From a virus (Duplodnaviria > Caudoviricetes): a stretch of 64,000 nt of DNA. The notes beneath the pieces were generated by a model. It was given only the letters and a program-made list of their open reading frames with translations, did no database searches and was not told the DNA's origin. Every line of letters starts with the position of its first letter. The first letter of the stretch is position 1. The position numbers and the translations under genes are program-made. Below are positions 17,531-27,341 of the stretch, piece after piece. The stretch lies in the IMG/VR virus record IMGVR_UViG_3300027969_000040; one strand, written 5' to 3'.

Positions 17531-18667
17531 TTATTTTGGAAAGACTTTCCCGTTATAACTTAAATCAATTCGGTTTGGATTGGTTTCATACCAGCCCTTG
17601 CCATTATAAATGTTTAATACAGATTGGAAGTATTCCTCGTACATAACTGCAACTTTATCTAAACTAAAATTGTCCACTGCCCAATTACGGCAAGCCTCGG
17701 TGCTAATATTATCAATATTTTTAGCAGCCCAGACAAATTGTTCAAATGTTCTGCAACGATATCCAGTTACGCCATGTAAGTTATTTTCAGCAAAACTACC
17801 CCAATCGGTTGATATAGTAGGAGTGCCGCTCATTAACATTTCAATCTGTACTCCACCAAATGGTTCAATATACATACTAGGAACAAATGCAGCCTTGGCA
17901 CGGCTCATGAGTTTTCTTCTTGCTTCGATATCTGCATAACCTACAAAATCTACATGGTCTGGAATACTTGTAAACCCCATTTCATATAAATTACCTTGTC
18001 CTGCGATTTTTAAACGGGCACCAATCGCTTCAGTTGCTTGTATAGCAATATTAACACCTTTGCCATCATAGACCCTGCCAACGTATAAAAAGTAATCTTC
18101 TTTTTCTTCGGGCTTATAATCAAAATCTGCAACATCAAAATAATTAGGAATAACAACATCATACCAATCCTGTTTACAATTTCCTACTGCTGGTAAACCA
18201 TAGTATGCATGGTAAATTGCATAGCTTTCAAAAATCTTAAATCTAGCCCAATGTCCGCCGGCATACCCTATGCCTGGTTCTACTGTTATAAGATCTGGAT
18301 GTGCATCGCAAATTGGTCTGACTCCGGATCCCCAGAAAGGTAATATGAAGTCGTTTCTTTGTTTTCTTTTTCCTACTTCTATAATAGCATTTTTATAGAA
18401 TGTTTGATAGGCATGATCATTCACATCAAATTTAAAAAAGTTCTTTCGCCAATCATAATTTCCATATGCTATTTCTAAGTCCTGGTTGGTGAGTACCGTT
18501 ACATGTTCGTCACAAACTAAATCGCTATCTTCGTGACCGTAATGTATAATGGTATGCCCGCGGGCCTTCATCATTTTACCAAATTTAACTACTTTTTGTG
18601 TATATGCGCAGGCATTATACTCTTTGCTTGTAACCGTGTGCGGTAAACCTAATATGTGAAATCTCAT
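17531..18667 (-). CDS. Glycosyltransferase, GT-B fold (GT4-like)
   Basis: [10 protein letters not shown] and [20 protein letters not shown] resemble the GT4 ExF(G)xxxxE motif. Confidence 0.85.
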   Translation of the reverse strand: MRFHILGLPHTVTSKEYNACAYTQKVVKFGKMMKARGHTIIHYGHEDSDLVCDEHVTVLTNQDLEIAYGNYDWRKNFFKFDVNDHAYQTFYKNAIIEVGKRKQRNDFILPFWGSGVRPICDAHPDLITVEPGIGYAGGHWARFKIFESYAIYHAYYGLPAVGNCKQDWYDVVIPNYFDVADFDYKPEEKEDYFLYVGRVYDGKGVNIAIQATEAIGARLKIAGQGNLYEMGFTSIPDHVDFVGYADIEARRKLMSRAKAAFVPSMYIEPFGGVQIEMLMSGTPTISTDWGSFAENNLHGVTGYRCRTFEQFVWAAKNIDNISTEACRNWAVDNFSLDKVAVMYEEYFQSVLNIYNGKGWYETNPNRIDLSYNGKVFPK

Positions 18668-18679
18668 TTTATTTTATTC

Positions 18680-19297
18680 TCATTGTCTAGTTAACATCTG
18701 ATCGATATACGGATACTTATGTATACGTTGAATGATTGCAACTATTTCATAACAGCCAACGCTATGTTGAAATGCCGACAATGAGTAATCAAATCCCATA
18801 TCGTTGTCGTAAATTCCCCTTAGTCTCCATTCGCCGAATGGCAATGCTTCTTCAATTTCTTTTAGTAGATTCCCGGGCATATAAAATTTAACATGGTCAT
18901 ACGGAGCGTAGGTGCTTGGCAATGCCATTTTCTTTTCGTATAACTGTTGATGCGGCACCACAATAATTAAATACCCACCTTCTTTTAATACGCGAAACCA
19001 TTCTGCTAATGCTGCATGTGAATTGGGTATATGTTCTAGGCAATGACTAGAATAGACTGTATCCTGACTTTGGTCAGGGAATGGTAAATGAAGTCCATCA
19101 TACCCAGGGTACCCACTATCAACACCAATAGCGTTTTCTGTAATAGGTACACACCCGCCGCGACCAGCATAACCCACTTCGATGATATTATCACCACTGA
19201 AATATCTTTGCATGAATCCAGAATCTATTAGATATTGATAACTTTTACTTGTCTCATGCCCAACGAGACGATCAAGGGCGAATGTTTTTTTTGTCAT
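18680..19297 (-). CDS. Class I SAM-dependent methyltransferase
   Basis: IIEVGYAG, LPFPDQSQDTVYSSHCLEH, RVLKEGG. Confidence 0.85.
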   Translation of the reverse strand: MTKKTFALDRLVGHETSKSYQYLIDSGFMQRYFSGDNIIEVGYAGRGGCVPITENAIGVDSGYPGYDGLHLPFPDQSQDTVYSSHCLEHIPNSHAALAEWFRVLKEGGYLIIVVPHQQLYEKKMALPSTYAPYDHVKFYMPGNLLKEIEEALPFGEWRLRGIYDNDMGFDYSLSAFQHSVGCYEIVAIIQRIHKYPYIDQMLTRQ

Positions 19298-19379
19298 TCT
19301 GTATTATTGCATATTTTTATTTGAATAGCAAGTTAATTTTATAGTAGTATTTAATGTCTATAAATATTTTATAAAAATA

Positions 19380-20159
19380 ATGTCTAACACTTCTGATTTT
19401 TTTGTATACAACCCCAGTCGCGGTTTGGGTGATTGCATATCGTGTTTTAATACTAATAAACCAATTTGGTCTCCAAGTCCACATCTTTCTGTACTAAAAA
19501 AATATAGCAGTATTCCTACTTTAGAATCACCAATTGGTCAGAGCATAGGAGTTCATTTGTTAGCAGACGCAAACTTTGGACATCATCATCTTTTTAATCG
19601 GGTACGTATGGTGTCAGGATTAGATCCGTTAGAAGAACCCAAAGCTATATTAGATTTAATCAATTATAAACCAGTTAAGAATAATATTGCTTTTAGCTTT
19701 GATGTTGGTGCTGGGGTATCTAAGCAAATTGAGTTGCATCCTAGACCTAGAATACTGTATCCAGAACATAGAGCTACCATACAAGAATTTATTTCTAAAA
19801 ATAAAGATTATTATAATTTCATTGAGGTAGGAACCAAATCGTTTGAATTTAAAGATACTATAGTAAAGACAGGTATTGGATTGGATCAGACTATTAGTTT
19901 ATTAACCGAATGCAAATATTATTTTGGAATGCATTCCGGATTAATGCACTTAGCAACTGCTATAGGATTAAAGTCAAATATTATTATTAATTTTCCAACC
20001 ATTGCAAGATTAAAAAAATCCCCGGATATATTTGTACACGGGGATAAAATGGAATGGGAAAAAACTTGGTTATATCCACAACATAGATATTTACACGAGG
20101 ATGAAATATCAAATGAATATGCTATAACTATAGATAATTTAGAATCATTGTGGCGGTAA
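19380..20159 (+). CDS. GT9-like glycosyltransferase (inverted)
   Basis: GLGDCI and GMHSGLMHLATAIG; TATAAATA at 19359-19366. Confidence 0.6.
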   Translation: MSNTSDFFVYNPSRGLGDCISCFNTNKPIWSPSPHLSVLKKYSSIPTLESPIGQSIGVHLLADANFGHHHLFNRVRMVSGLDPLEEPKAILDLINYKPVKNNIAFSFDVGAGVSKQIELHPRPRILYPEHRATIQEFISKNKDYYNFIEVGTKSFEFKDTIVKTGIGLDQTISLLTECKYYFGMHSGLMHLATAIGLKSNIIINFPTIARLKKSPDIFVHGDKMEWEKTWLYPQHRYLHEDEISNEYAITIDNLESLWR

Positions 20160-20828
20160 CACGTACCAATCATCAACATTAGAAATTTCTGTATATTTTC
20201 TAATATAACCCTTTGATGTAAGCAATTGAAATATAGTATTTCTCATTGGGGTAAAATTATGCTCACATGTAATTACTTTGATTTTATATCTATCAAAATC
20301 AAAGGTGTTTAATATATCAAACTCACTACCTTCTGTATCAATTGACAAATAATCAATTTCATTTGGTGCATTATATTTGGCCAACATATCGTTTAACGAT
20401 ATAGTTTCAACTTCGTACAATTTGCCATTCTCTCTAGAATGTGCCCACATATCATGGGCGCTAAATTCATTAATACAAGATAAATCTGGAACTAATGTTT
20501 CATTGAAAGTTAAAATTGGACCTGTTTCTTTCCAAACACATTTAGTTTCGATATGACATTTACGATTTTTAAATAAATCTTCATGCCAATTTTTTCCAGG
20601 TTCGGCCAAGATGCCTGTCCATCCAAATACTCTTTCCAACACCCAAGAGTTACTAATGTCCTTGCCGTTGGTTGCTCCAAATTCAACAAAGTATCCATTC
20701 TGTTTAAATCCAAGTTCGGATAACACAAAGACATCTTGTCGATGTTGTGACATAGCTTGTCCAGAAAATACTTCTTTAATGTCAAGGTCGCGTATTTGTT
20801 GTGCTGTCAAATGTAATTGGGTAGTCAT
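20145..20828 (-). CDS. FkbM-family methyltransferase
   Basis: FVEFGATNG, YLSIDTEGSE; start moved to MTTQL. Confidence 0.85.
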   Translation of the reverse strand: MTTQLHLTAQQIRDLDIKEVFSGQAMSQHRQDVFVLSELGFKQNGYFVEFGATNGKDISNSWVLERVFGWTGILAEPGKNWHEDLFKNRKCHIETKCVWKETGPILTFNETLVPDLSCINEFSAHDMWAHSRENGKLYEVETISLNDMLAKYNAPNEIDYLSIDTEGSEFDILNTFDFDRYKIKVITCEHNFTPMRNTIFQLLTSKGYIRKYTEISNVDDWYVLPPQ

Positions 20829-20832
20829 AAAA

Positions 20833-21594
20833 TTAAAAATATTGTGCGTTAGGGCGCGGAAAATAGCATTCATTCCTATGTCGCGGTACAACTGTATTGA
20901 TCTCCAACAAACTTGATTTTCCAAGTCCTGTTGCAAGACTATAAGCAAACCCCTGATTGCCTAAGAATAAATCTGCTCCGTTAATTATACTAGCTAACTC
21001 TAAAAAGTTATTTACCGGTCTATATGGAACAGGTACTTTAAAAGTTTCTACAAATGTTTCATGTTCTGATTTAGTTCCGACAAAAATTGCTGTTGCAGCC
21101 AAATCAATTTCTTTAATTAAATTTTTCCAAGCCTGTTCACCATGAGGAGGTAAGTAACGAGCACTTCTTGTTATCACAACCGGTGCTGCTCTAATTACAT
21201 CTGCTGTCAACCAAGGATTGTCATAATCACTTTTAGTAAAAGGAATATTAAAAGTTCTAAAATAAGACTCTAATATGTTACCTTCAAATGACCTATATAG
21301 TACTCCACGGAATTGATCCAAATCAGTATCAGGCTCATTATCGCCTTGACGCCACATAGATACTTCATTGATATAAGGCTGGCGCTCTAATAGAGGTTTT
21401 AACCACTCAAAATCTTGTGTAGTAAATCTTCCTTGATGTGCCGGATCCATGTCTGCACTTTGATAACCGTATTTAGATACACAATTTTCAATATTTTCAA
21501 TAGCCACTTTAAAATGGCCGCCGCCCATCTTTCTAACAAGATACAGACTATAAATTAAATCACCAGTGGTACCCGAGTGTTTATAAGTTAACAT
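20833..21594 (-). CDS. Divergent GT9-like glycosyltransferase
   Basis: GTTGDLIYSL, LASIINGADLFLGNQG. Confidence 0.55.
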   Translation of the reverse strand: MLTYKHSGTTGDLIYSLYLVRKMGGGHFKVAIENIENCVSKYGYQSADMDPAHQGRFTTQDFEWLKPLLERQPYINEVSMWRQGDNEPDTDLDQFRGVLYRSFEGNILESYFRTFNIPFTKSDYDNPWLTADVIRAAPVVITRSARYLPPHGEQAWKNLIKEIDLAATAIFVGTKSEHETFVETFKVPVPYRPVNNFLELASIINGADLFLGNQGFAYSLATGLGKSSLLEINTVVPRHRNECYFPRPNAQYF

Positions 21595-22445
21595 AATAAA
21601 GTTTTTAATTTTTCAATTATAGCGTCGGAAGAAAATCTACGAGTACATTCGTCGTCTCCCCTAGCGCAATGATATTGCGTAACTGGTGCTGGTAAAGTTT
21701 CTACACATCCATAGCATTCAATATTGCTAGCAATATTGATGTGTGGAACTATACGATTTCTTGGTTCTCTATATTCTGCTTTGACACTAGTGAATAATCC
21801 AACAACAGGGGTATTAGTTGTAGATGCAATATGCATAGGGCCTGCATCAATACCGACAAAGGCTTTTGCTTTTTCAATAAGTGCAGCAGTTTCATGTAGA
21901 GATAACTTATTAGTTAAGTCGTATAGTAATCCGTCGATTGCACCAAACTTATGATCAAATTCGCCGCCTATTTGTACTACTGAATGCCCGGTAACACCTA
22001 TAATTTTACTAGCAAGGTTAATATAAAACTCACTTGGTAAATTTCTATTAGACCAATAATAATATCGTTGATGTAGTACAATAAATTTTTCAGGCAAATT
22101 GTATTGCAATAAAGCATCAACCGATTCTTTCTGTACAAACAATTCAGTGTGCAAATTGGTTTCGCTATAATTCAAACCGGCACGTAATGCATATGCATTA
22201 ATAGCATGTATGTCCGGAGACATTTCATATGCCATATCTAAATTGATAGTTAAGTCATAATTATTTTCTGTTAGTGTAGTTAATTTTCCAGCTTGACTAA
22301 CGTAAATGTTATTTAAAAATACATCAGGATAGTCGGTAGCAATATCAATTATTGGTGCATTATATTTTTGATATATGGCACGTACAATACCAGTGGCCAT
22401 TATAACGTCGCCGAGAGCACCTTGTCTAATTATTAAGATTTTCAC
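21588..22445 (-). CDS. GT9 (WaaC/WaaF-like heptosyltransferase family) glycosyltransferase
   Basis: KILIIRQGALGDVIMAT, AFVGIDAGPMHIA. Confidence 0.85.
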   Translation of the reverse strand: MKILIIRQGALGDVIMATGIVRAIYQKYNAPIIDIATDYPDVFLNNIYVSQAGKLTTLTENNYDLTINLDMAYEMSPDIHAINAYALRAGLNYSETNLHTELFVQKESVDALLQYNLPEKFIVLHQRYYYWSNRNLPSEFYINLASKIIGVTGHSVVQIGGEFDHKFGAIDGLLYDLTNKLSLHETAALIEKAKAFVGIDAGPMHIASTTNTPVVGLFTSVKAEYREPRNRIVPHINIASNIECYGCVETLPAPVTQYHCARGDDECTRRFSSDAIIEKLKTLLC

Positions 22446-22447
22446 AA

Positions 22448-23170
22448 TTAATCTCTTACTGCTATCCCATTAGGAGATATATTACCTTGTACACCTAGTA
22501 CTTGTTTTTCTAGTAGCTTATCTGAATCTAAGAATTTATATAAAACATGCTCTATGTCAGCATATCCTCGGTTTGCTAAACGTTCACCCATGTACACTAA
22601 ACTTCGATCATATACATTAATAATTTCATTGGTCAGACTAGTAGGCCAGGACCAAAGGCGACTCATGTATTGCCGTTTGATTAATGTGAGCTCATATGGA
22701 AATTGACTATCTCTACTTGATCCGACTACAATTTGATTTTGTACTTTATAGCTGTCATAATATGACAAATCAAATTGATCGTTAAGTAGATATCTTCCGC
22801 TTAGTTTAAAGATGCGATCTACATTTTCAAACTTACTTACATCGATATACAAACGTTTTAGTGCTTTATTAAAACACATAACTTCTGTAACGTTTTTAAC
22901 AACATCCCAATTGTCGGTGCTGTTGTATAGACCAACTACATCGGGATCGGCAGTAAAATCCAACACACTTTCTACTTCGGAGCTCAAGGCAGATAGCTGA
23001 GTTTCAGTTAACGGTATACCCGCCATTTCTAGTAGGAAAATACGTGCGTCTGGCACAAACTTTTTTACACTAGCTATAGTGTCTAATGTTTGTTTTAATC
23101 GTTCTTCTTTTGAGTAAACACCAAATTTTGTATTAATGGCACTAGTAATTAAAAAAACTGTACGTATCAT
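22448..23170 (-). CDS. Hypothetical protein, possibly glycosyltransferase-related
   Basis: 240 aa within the GT island; FKLSGRY motif. Confidence 0.6.
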   Translation of the reverse strand: MIRTVFLITSAINTKFGVYSKEERLKQTLDTIASVKKFVPDARIFLLEMAGIPLTETQLSALSSEVESVLDFTADPDVVGLYNSTDNWDVVKNVTEVMCFNKALKRLYIDVSKFENVDRIFKLSGRYLLNDQFDLSYYDSYKVQNQIVVGSSRDSQFPYELTLIKRQYMSRLWSWPTSLTNEIINVYDRSLVYMGERLANRGYADIEHVLYKFLDSDKLLEKQVLGVQGNISPNGIAVRD

Positions 23171-23175
23171 AGGCG

Positions 23176-23337
23176 TTATGCTTCAGATTTAGAATTAGAA
23201 GTTTGTTCTAAATATTCTTTAATGACACGAAGAGCTTTTCGACTGGTGTCGTATACATATTCTTTAGTTTCATCTTCTTTTGTAACTACTAAGATAAAAC
23301 CATTTGCGGCTTTTCGAATTTCAATTGACTCAAACAT
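23176..23337 (-). CDS. Small hypothetical protein (53 aa, absent from the ORF track)
   Basis: MFESIEIRKAANGFILVV...; AAAGGA RBS; TTGATT-17-TATAAT at 23363-23391. Confidence 0.6.
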   Translation of the reverse strand: MFESIEIRKAANGFILVVTKEDETKEYVYDTSRKALRVIKEYLEQTSNSKSEA

Positions 23338-23387
23338 AATAAATTCCTTTGTTGGATTGACGATTATAACACAATGCTATTAACAAA

Positions 23388-23633
23388 TCAAGCAATTTTA
23401 TATTGCCTACTACTTTTAGAAATTTCTTTGGCAAACTCTTTGGTTACATAAAAATCAATTAATCTGCGTTGGATCATAGTAACTAGATCGCCGTGATCAT
23501 CTGCAATTACAAATCGGACTGGACATGTACCCCAGGTGCCGGAATGTTGGAAATTGGCAAACCATCGTCGATGATCTCGATTCGAAGCATCAAAAACGGC
23601 CCAGGGACGACCCATATAAGAAAGTTTAGACAT
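23388..23633 (-). CDS. Hypothetical protein
   Basis: 81 aa; TTGATC-17-TACAAT at 23661-23689. Confidence 0.65.
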   Translation of the reverse strand: MSKLSYMGRPWAVFDASNRDHRRWFANFQHSGTWGTCPVRFVIADDHGDLVTMIQRRLIDFYVTKEFAKEISKSSRQYKIA

Positions 23634-23690
23634 AGTACCTAAAAGTAGTTAATAAGACTAATTGTAACATAGATGCACTATTAGATCAAG

Positions 23691-23716
23691 AAAAACGGTG
23701 CCGGGCACCGTTTTTT
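23691..23716. terminator. Intrinsic terminator, possibly bidirectional
   Basis: aaaaacggtgc-cgg-gcaccgtttttt. Confidence 0.75.
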
Positions 23717-25244
23717 ATCGTTTTTCTCTTCCGACACTCTTTTGTTTTTCGGATGGGGGCCTATCTTTTCGGAGATGACTAGTTTTGTCTGCCGACATAC
23801 TTGCTCCGGCTGCTTTTGGTTTAGCTGTTGGTGTACCCTCGGCATCCTTACCTTTGCTTTTCTTAGTAGGGTCAACAACAAATGTAAAGTTACCTTTGAT
23901 TCCAGTACTATAGTAATTCTTACCAGCATCAAATTCAATTTCACTGATTGCACTGCCTGGCCACTTACTAGTAAACTTATGTAATGTCCATTGTTTACCT
24001 TGGAAAGTTACTTTTGAATAAACTTGCACTAATGCGCTATGATTTAATATTAATGCTGCATCATGTTTAAAATTAGTACGCTCGTTAACATAGTCTGCAA
24101 CTTTATGTGCAACTGCCGCAGTTAAGTGAAAGAATAAGTTAGTAGATTCGGGCGTCTTTGTTCCGCGCTCGGTAGCTAGCTTTATTAATGTTTTAGATAC
24201 ATCTTTTGATGTAATAAAATCGTTTAAGTCTATTATAGGATATGCCTTCATTGTACGAATAAAGTCGGCATCTTTTTCATCTATTATACCGTACTCAACA
24301 CCCAATAACATTGGCGCTTCTGCTTGTCCGGCTTCACTTACTGTATTAATAATACTAATTGCATCGTCTACCTGCTTTAGTATCTTTTTACCTTCTTTGG
24401 TTTTGACCAATTGATTGTAAGCATCAAGAATATTCTTTGTACTAGCAGCGGCACCTTTGCCACCTTTTGTACTAACTTTCATAGTTCTGCCATCCTCGGC
24501 GACTAATATACTATCACTCAGACCTTCAGTTTTGGTATTGCCAAAGCTAATTAATGTTCCTGCGTAGCCAACGCCACCTAGAAATGCTTCTTCGGCCATT
24601 TTAGCTTCACCTTCGTATTGTCCAGACTGTAATGCTATTGGCTGCAATAACTCACAGAAGTAGTCTTGGAATGTAGCCAAATCCATTTCTGTTGGAGCAG
24701 GAAAAGTGTATGGTAGTTCGCCGCCAATAGCCAAGTGTTGGGCAACTGCTACTAATATACTGTTAGGAAACTTTGCAGATATTTGCTCTACAATATCCAT
24801 CGGTGTCAGATCTTCAAGCTCGGTTAGTATGTCTTGAGGTGTAGCATGTGATTGTGTTTTAACAGCGGCTTTACTTGCATATCTATAACCAGGTATACCA
24901 GTTTGATTATCCCAATCATTTTGGGTAGGGTCAGACTGTACAGATTTAAAGTATTTAATAAATGTCATTGGCCCATCATCACCAATGAATTGAGCAACGC
25001 CAAATGCTCGTGTCTGTCCTTTTCTAAACCAATTAGTAGGGGTAGGGTCTGCATCCAATTGATCTAGCACTGCATTGATTGCTAGCTGAGTTTCTTCTTC
25101 AGTTTCGTAATTGCCACCACCATCTGGGTAGAAGTTAATACTAACGAATCGTATCTGATTGCCTTCAGGATCGGCAAATATTTCACCGGATCTTCTGGCA
25201 CCAAGACCGCGACTTTCTGTAAGGAGGTTAATTAGATCACGCAT
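23715..25244 (-). CDS. Late protein with a possible PD-(D/E)XK-like domain
   Basis: GATAAATA upstream; MRDLINLLTE start; SDSILVAEDGRTMKVSTK motif. Confidence 0.5.
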   Translation of the reverse strand: MRDLINLLTESRGLGARRSGEIFADPEGNQIRFVSINFYPDGGGNYETEEETQLAINAVLDQLDADPTPTNWFRKGQTRAFGVAQFIGDDGPMTFIKYFKSVQSDPTQNDWDNQTGIPGYRYASKAAVKTQSHATPQDILTELEDLTPMDIVEQISAKFPNSILVAVAQHLAIGGELPYTFPAPTEMDLATFQDYFCELLQPIALQSGQYEGEAKMAEEAFLGGVGYAGTLISFGNTKTEGLSDSILVAEDGRTMKVSTKGGKGAAASTKNILDAYNQLVKTKEGKKILKQVDDAISIINTVSEAGQAEAPMLLGVEYGIIDEKDADFIRTMKAYPIIDLNDFITSKDVSKTLIKLATERGTKTPESTNLFFHLTAAVAHKVADYVNERTNFKHDAALILNHSALVQVYSKVTFQGKQWTLHKFTSKWPGSAISEIEFDAGKNYYSTGIKGNFTFVVDPTKKSKGKDAEGTPTAKPKAAGASMSADKTSHLRKDRPPSEKQKSVGREKR

Positions 25245-25249
25245 ATTTG

Positions 25250-25519
25250 TTATTTATCGATCAATACTTGTAATCCAGATATCAAATCTTTAAATAACTT
25301 GTTTTTGAACTTAAAAAGTTCAAATTCAAAGCGATCGCATTGGTCACTTAAATCAATATCTGTAAGTGAACAATACATTTGAGCCGTGAGAACTTCAGCC
25401 ATTTTATCCATATAGTCTTTAGCTTGCTGTATATCCAATAGATCTACACAGCTTCCGCTATTTCTATATCTATGCCATTGTTCTAGTAAAGTTTGTGCTC
25501 TAAATTGTATATCATTCAC
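25250..25519 (-). CDS. Hypothetical protein
   Basis: 89 aa. Confidence 0.55.
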   Translation of the reverse strand: MNDIQFRAQTLLEQWHRYRNSGSCVDLLDIQQAKDYMDKMAEVLTAQMYCSLTDIDLSDQCDRFEFELFKFKNKLFKDLISGLQVLIDK

Positions 25520-25525
25520 GATAGG

Positions 25526-25978
25526 TTATACAGATATATCTTCCATTCCGGCAACTCGCAATCGGGTTATATTACTCAATTGGAATGCTTTGGTTTCAAG
25601 ACCTTTAAGTATACCTAAGTACTTATTACGCACTAGTGCCACAGAGTTAATAATTGTTTCGTAGTCAATTACTTCATCCTCGCCGTCAACATATTTTTCT
25701 GCATCACGACTAGTTAATGCACGGGCATATCCTTCCAAATATTTTTGGAAGTGCTTACGTCTAATTTTCTTTAGCTGTATGTTGAGAAAGTTTAATACAG
25801 CTTCAATTTCTTGAAGCTGATTAAATCTATGTTCTGTTATACCCGGCAGAGCTGCAATATTTTTTTCTACAATACCCGAAATTCGGCATTCGGTACGTGC
25901 TGAATTTAACTCGTTTTCGTAGTAGTCAATAAAATCAGGTATTGCATTAAGAGAATCGACAACTCGATTATACCACAT
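25526..25978 (-). CDS. uvsY: UvsY-like recombination mediator
   Basis: Helical 150 aa with AEKYVDGED...YLGILKGLETKAFQLSN; next to uvsX. Confidence 0.7.
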   Translation of the reverse strand: MWYNRVVDSLNAIPDFIDYYENELNSARTECRISGIVEKNIAALPGITEHRFNQLQEIEAVLNFLNIQLKKIRRKHFQKYLEGYARALTSRDAEKYVDGEDEVIDYETIINSVALVRNKYLGILKGLETKAFQLSNITRLRVAGMEDISV

Positions 25979-25980
25979 TG

Positions 25981-26211
25981 TTAATCTTCGTAGCCTAGAT
26001 CAATCTCTTCTTCGTCGGATTCGCCGGCATATTCTTTATATGCCCTGCTCAATACAGAATCTACACCACTCAATTCTTTAAGTTCAAGATCGTCAAGCAT
26101 ATCAACCAGCAACCCCATTAGGTTATCGGCTGCTTCTTGACGATCCTTAACTGGAATATATTGTTTAAGGATTGTGTAAACTTCGGATAGTGTGTCAATT
26201 TCGATACTCAT
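25981..26211 (-). CDS. Small acidic hypothetical protein
   Basis: 76 aa between uvsX and uvsY. Confidence 0.7.
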   Translation of the reverse strand: MSIEIDTLSEVYTILKQYIPVKDRQEAADNLMGLLVDMLDDLELKELSGVDSVLSRAYKEYAGESDEEEIDLGYED

Positions 26212-27278
26212 ATTAACTCCTCGTCGGCTATTGTAACATCTTTATTCTGCGCAATGTTAGGATTGGCCTCAATATCTGCCATCACTTTGTCCAAACATTC
26301 CTCGTCGTTGCGTTCCCACGCCTTACGGAACTTCTTAATGATCTCTCCGTCTGCTGTAGTGTACACTAAACTATTACCTTCTTTCTTGAGCATATTACGT
26401 GCTTCAATCAAATCAGTTAGTCCACTGTAAGGATTCATACCTGTTTCATATGGAATCTTAACTTGTACACTTTCAAAGGGCTTGGCATAACGTGTTTTCA
26501 TAATCTTACACGCGGCACGGATACCTTTTACTTCTGATATCTTATTGCCATCTTCATCTTCTTTGAGTTTGAGTTTCTTCATAGCAACTACAATACTACT
26601 TGCATAGATAAATCCTTGCCCGCCGCTAATCTTGTCATCTGGGTCAAACATGTCTTGGCTTGCGTATGTATGATTGGTACATACCAACCCTAAGTTCAAG
26701 TTACCAAACATGTTAACACAATTACGAACAAGACTTGTAAGTGCTTTAGGCTTTCGGCCCATATCACCTTTCATGTCACCTGCTTCAAATTGGTTAACAT
26801 CTGTTGGTGTTAACATCATACCGAGACTGTCTAATACAAACAATACCTTAGGACGATCGCCTTCTGGGATTGATTTATATTCTTTAACAAACTCACTGAT
26901 CATTCTAGCTACATCGTCAATCATAGCCATGTTAAGTTTAAGTAACTTACTCTCGGTGGTATCTACTCCAAGATCATGTAGCCATTTTTCATCTAATGCA
27001 TTTTCTGTATCAATTAAGATAACATAAATGCCCTGTGATTGTGCATTTTTAACTAGATTGCCGCTACAGATGAAGCTCTTACCTGCGCCAGACTCTCCAG
27101 CAAATACTGTTACTTTGCCTAAAGGAATTCCTTTATTAAACTCACCCGAGATAAGGTAGTTCAATGCATAGTTGTTTGTACTGATCCAGTCTGTAGGATC
27201 ATTGAATCCAAAGCCAATGCCGTCAATTGCTTTGGTGATAGTTTTTCTAAATTTACTTACGTCAAATGGTTTCGCCAT
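26208..27278 (-). CDS. uvsX: UvsX/RecA-like recombinase
   Basis: AGESGAGKS, IDTENA, FVLDSLG, ISGGQG. Confidence 0.92.
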   Translation of the reverse strand: MAKPFDVSKFRKTITKAIDGIGFGFNDPTDWISTNNYALNYLISGEFNKGIPLGKVTVFAGESGAGKSFICSGNLVKNAQSQGIYVILIDTENALDEKWLHDLGVDTTESKLLKLNMAMIDDVARMISEFVKEYKSIPEGDRPKVLFVLDSLGMMLTPTDVNQFEAGDMKGDMGRKPKALTSLVRNCVNMFGNLNLGLVCTNHTYASQDMFDPDDKISGGQGFIYASSIVVAMKKLKLKEDEDGNKISEVKGIRAACKIMKTRYAKPFESVQVKIPYETGMNPYSGLTDLIEARNMLKKEGNSLVYTTADGEIIKKFRKAWERNDEECLDKVMADIEANPNIAQNKDVTIADEELI

Positions 27279-27341
27279 ACTTTTACTCCTAATAGATAAC
27301 CCGGGCGTACGACAAAGTCGCAGAGGCCCAAGCCGTGTTTT

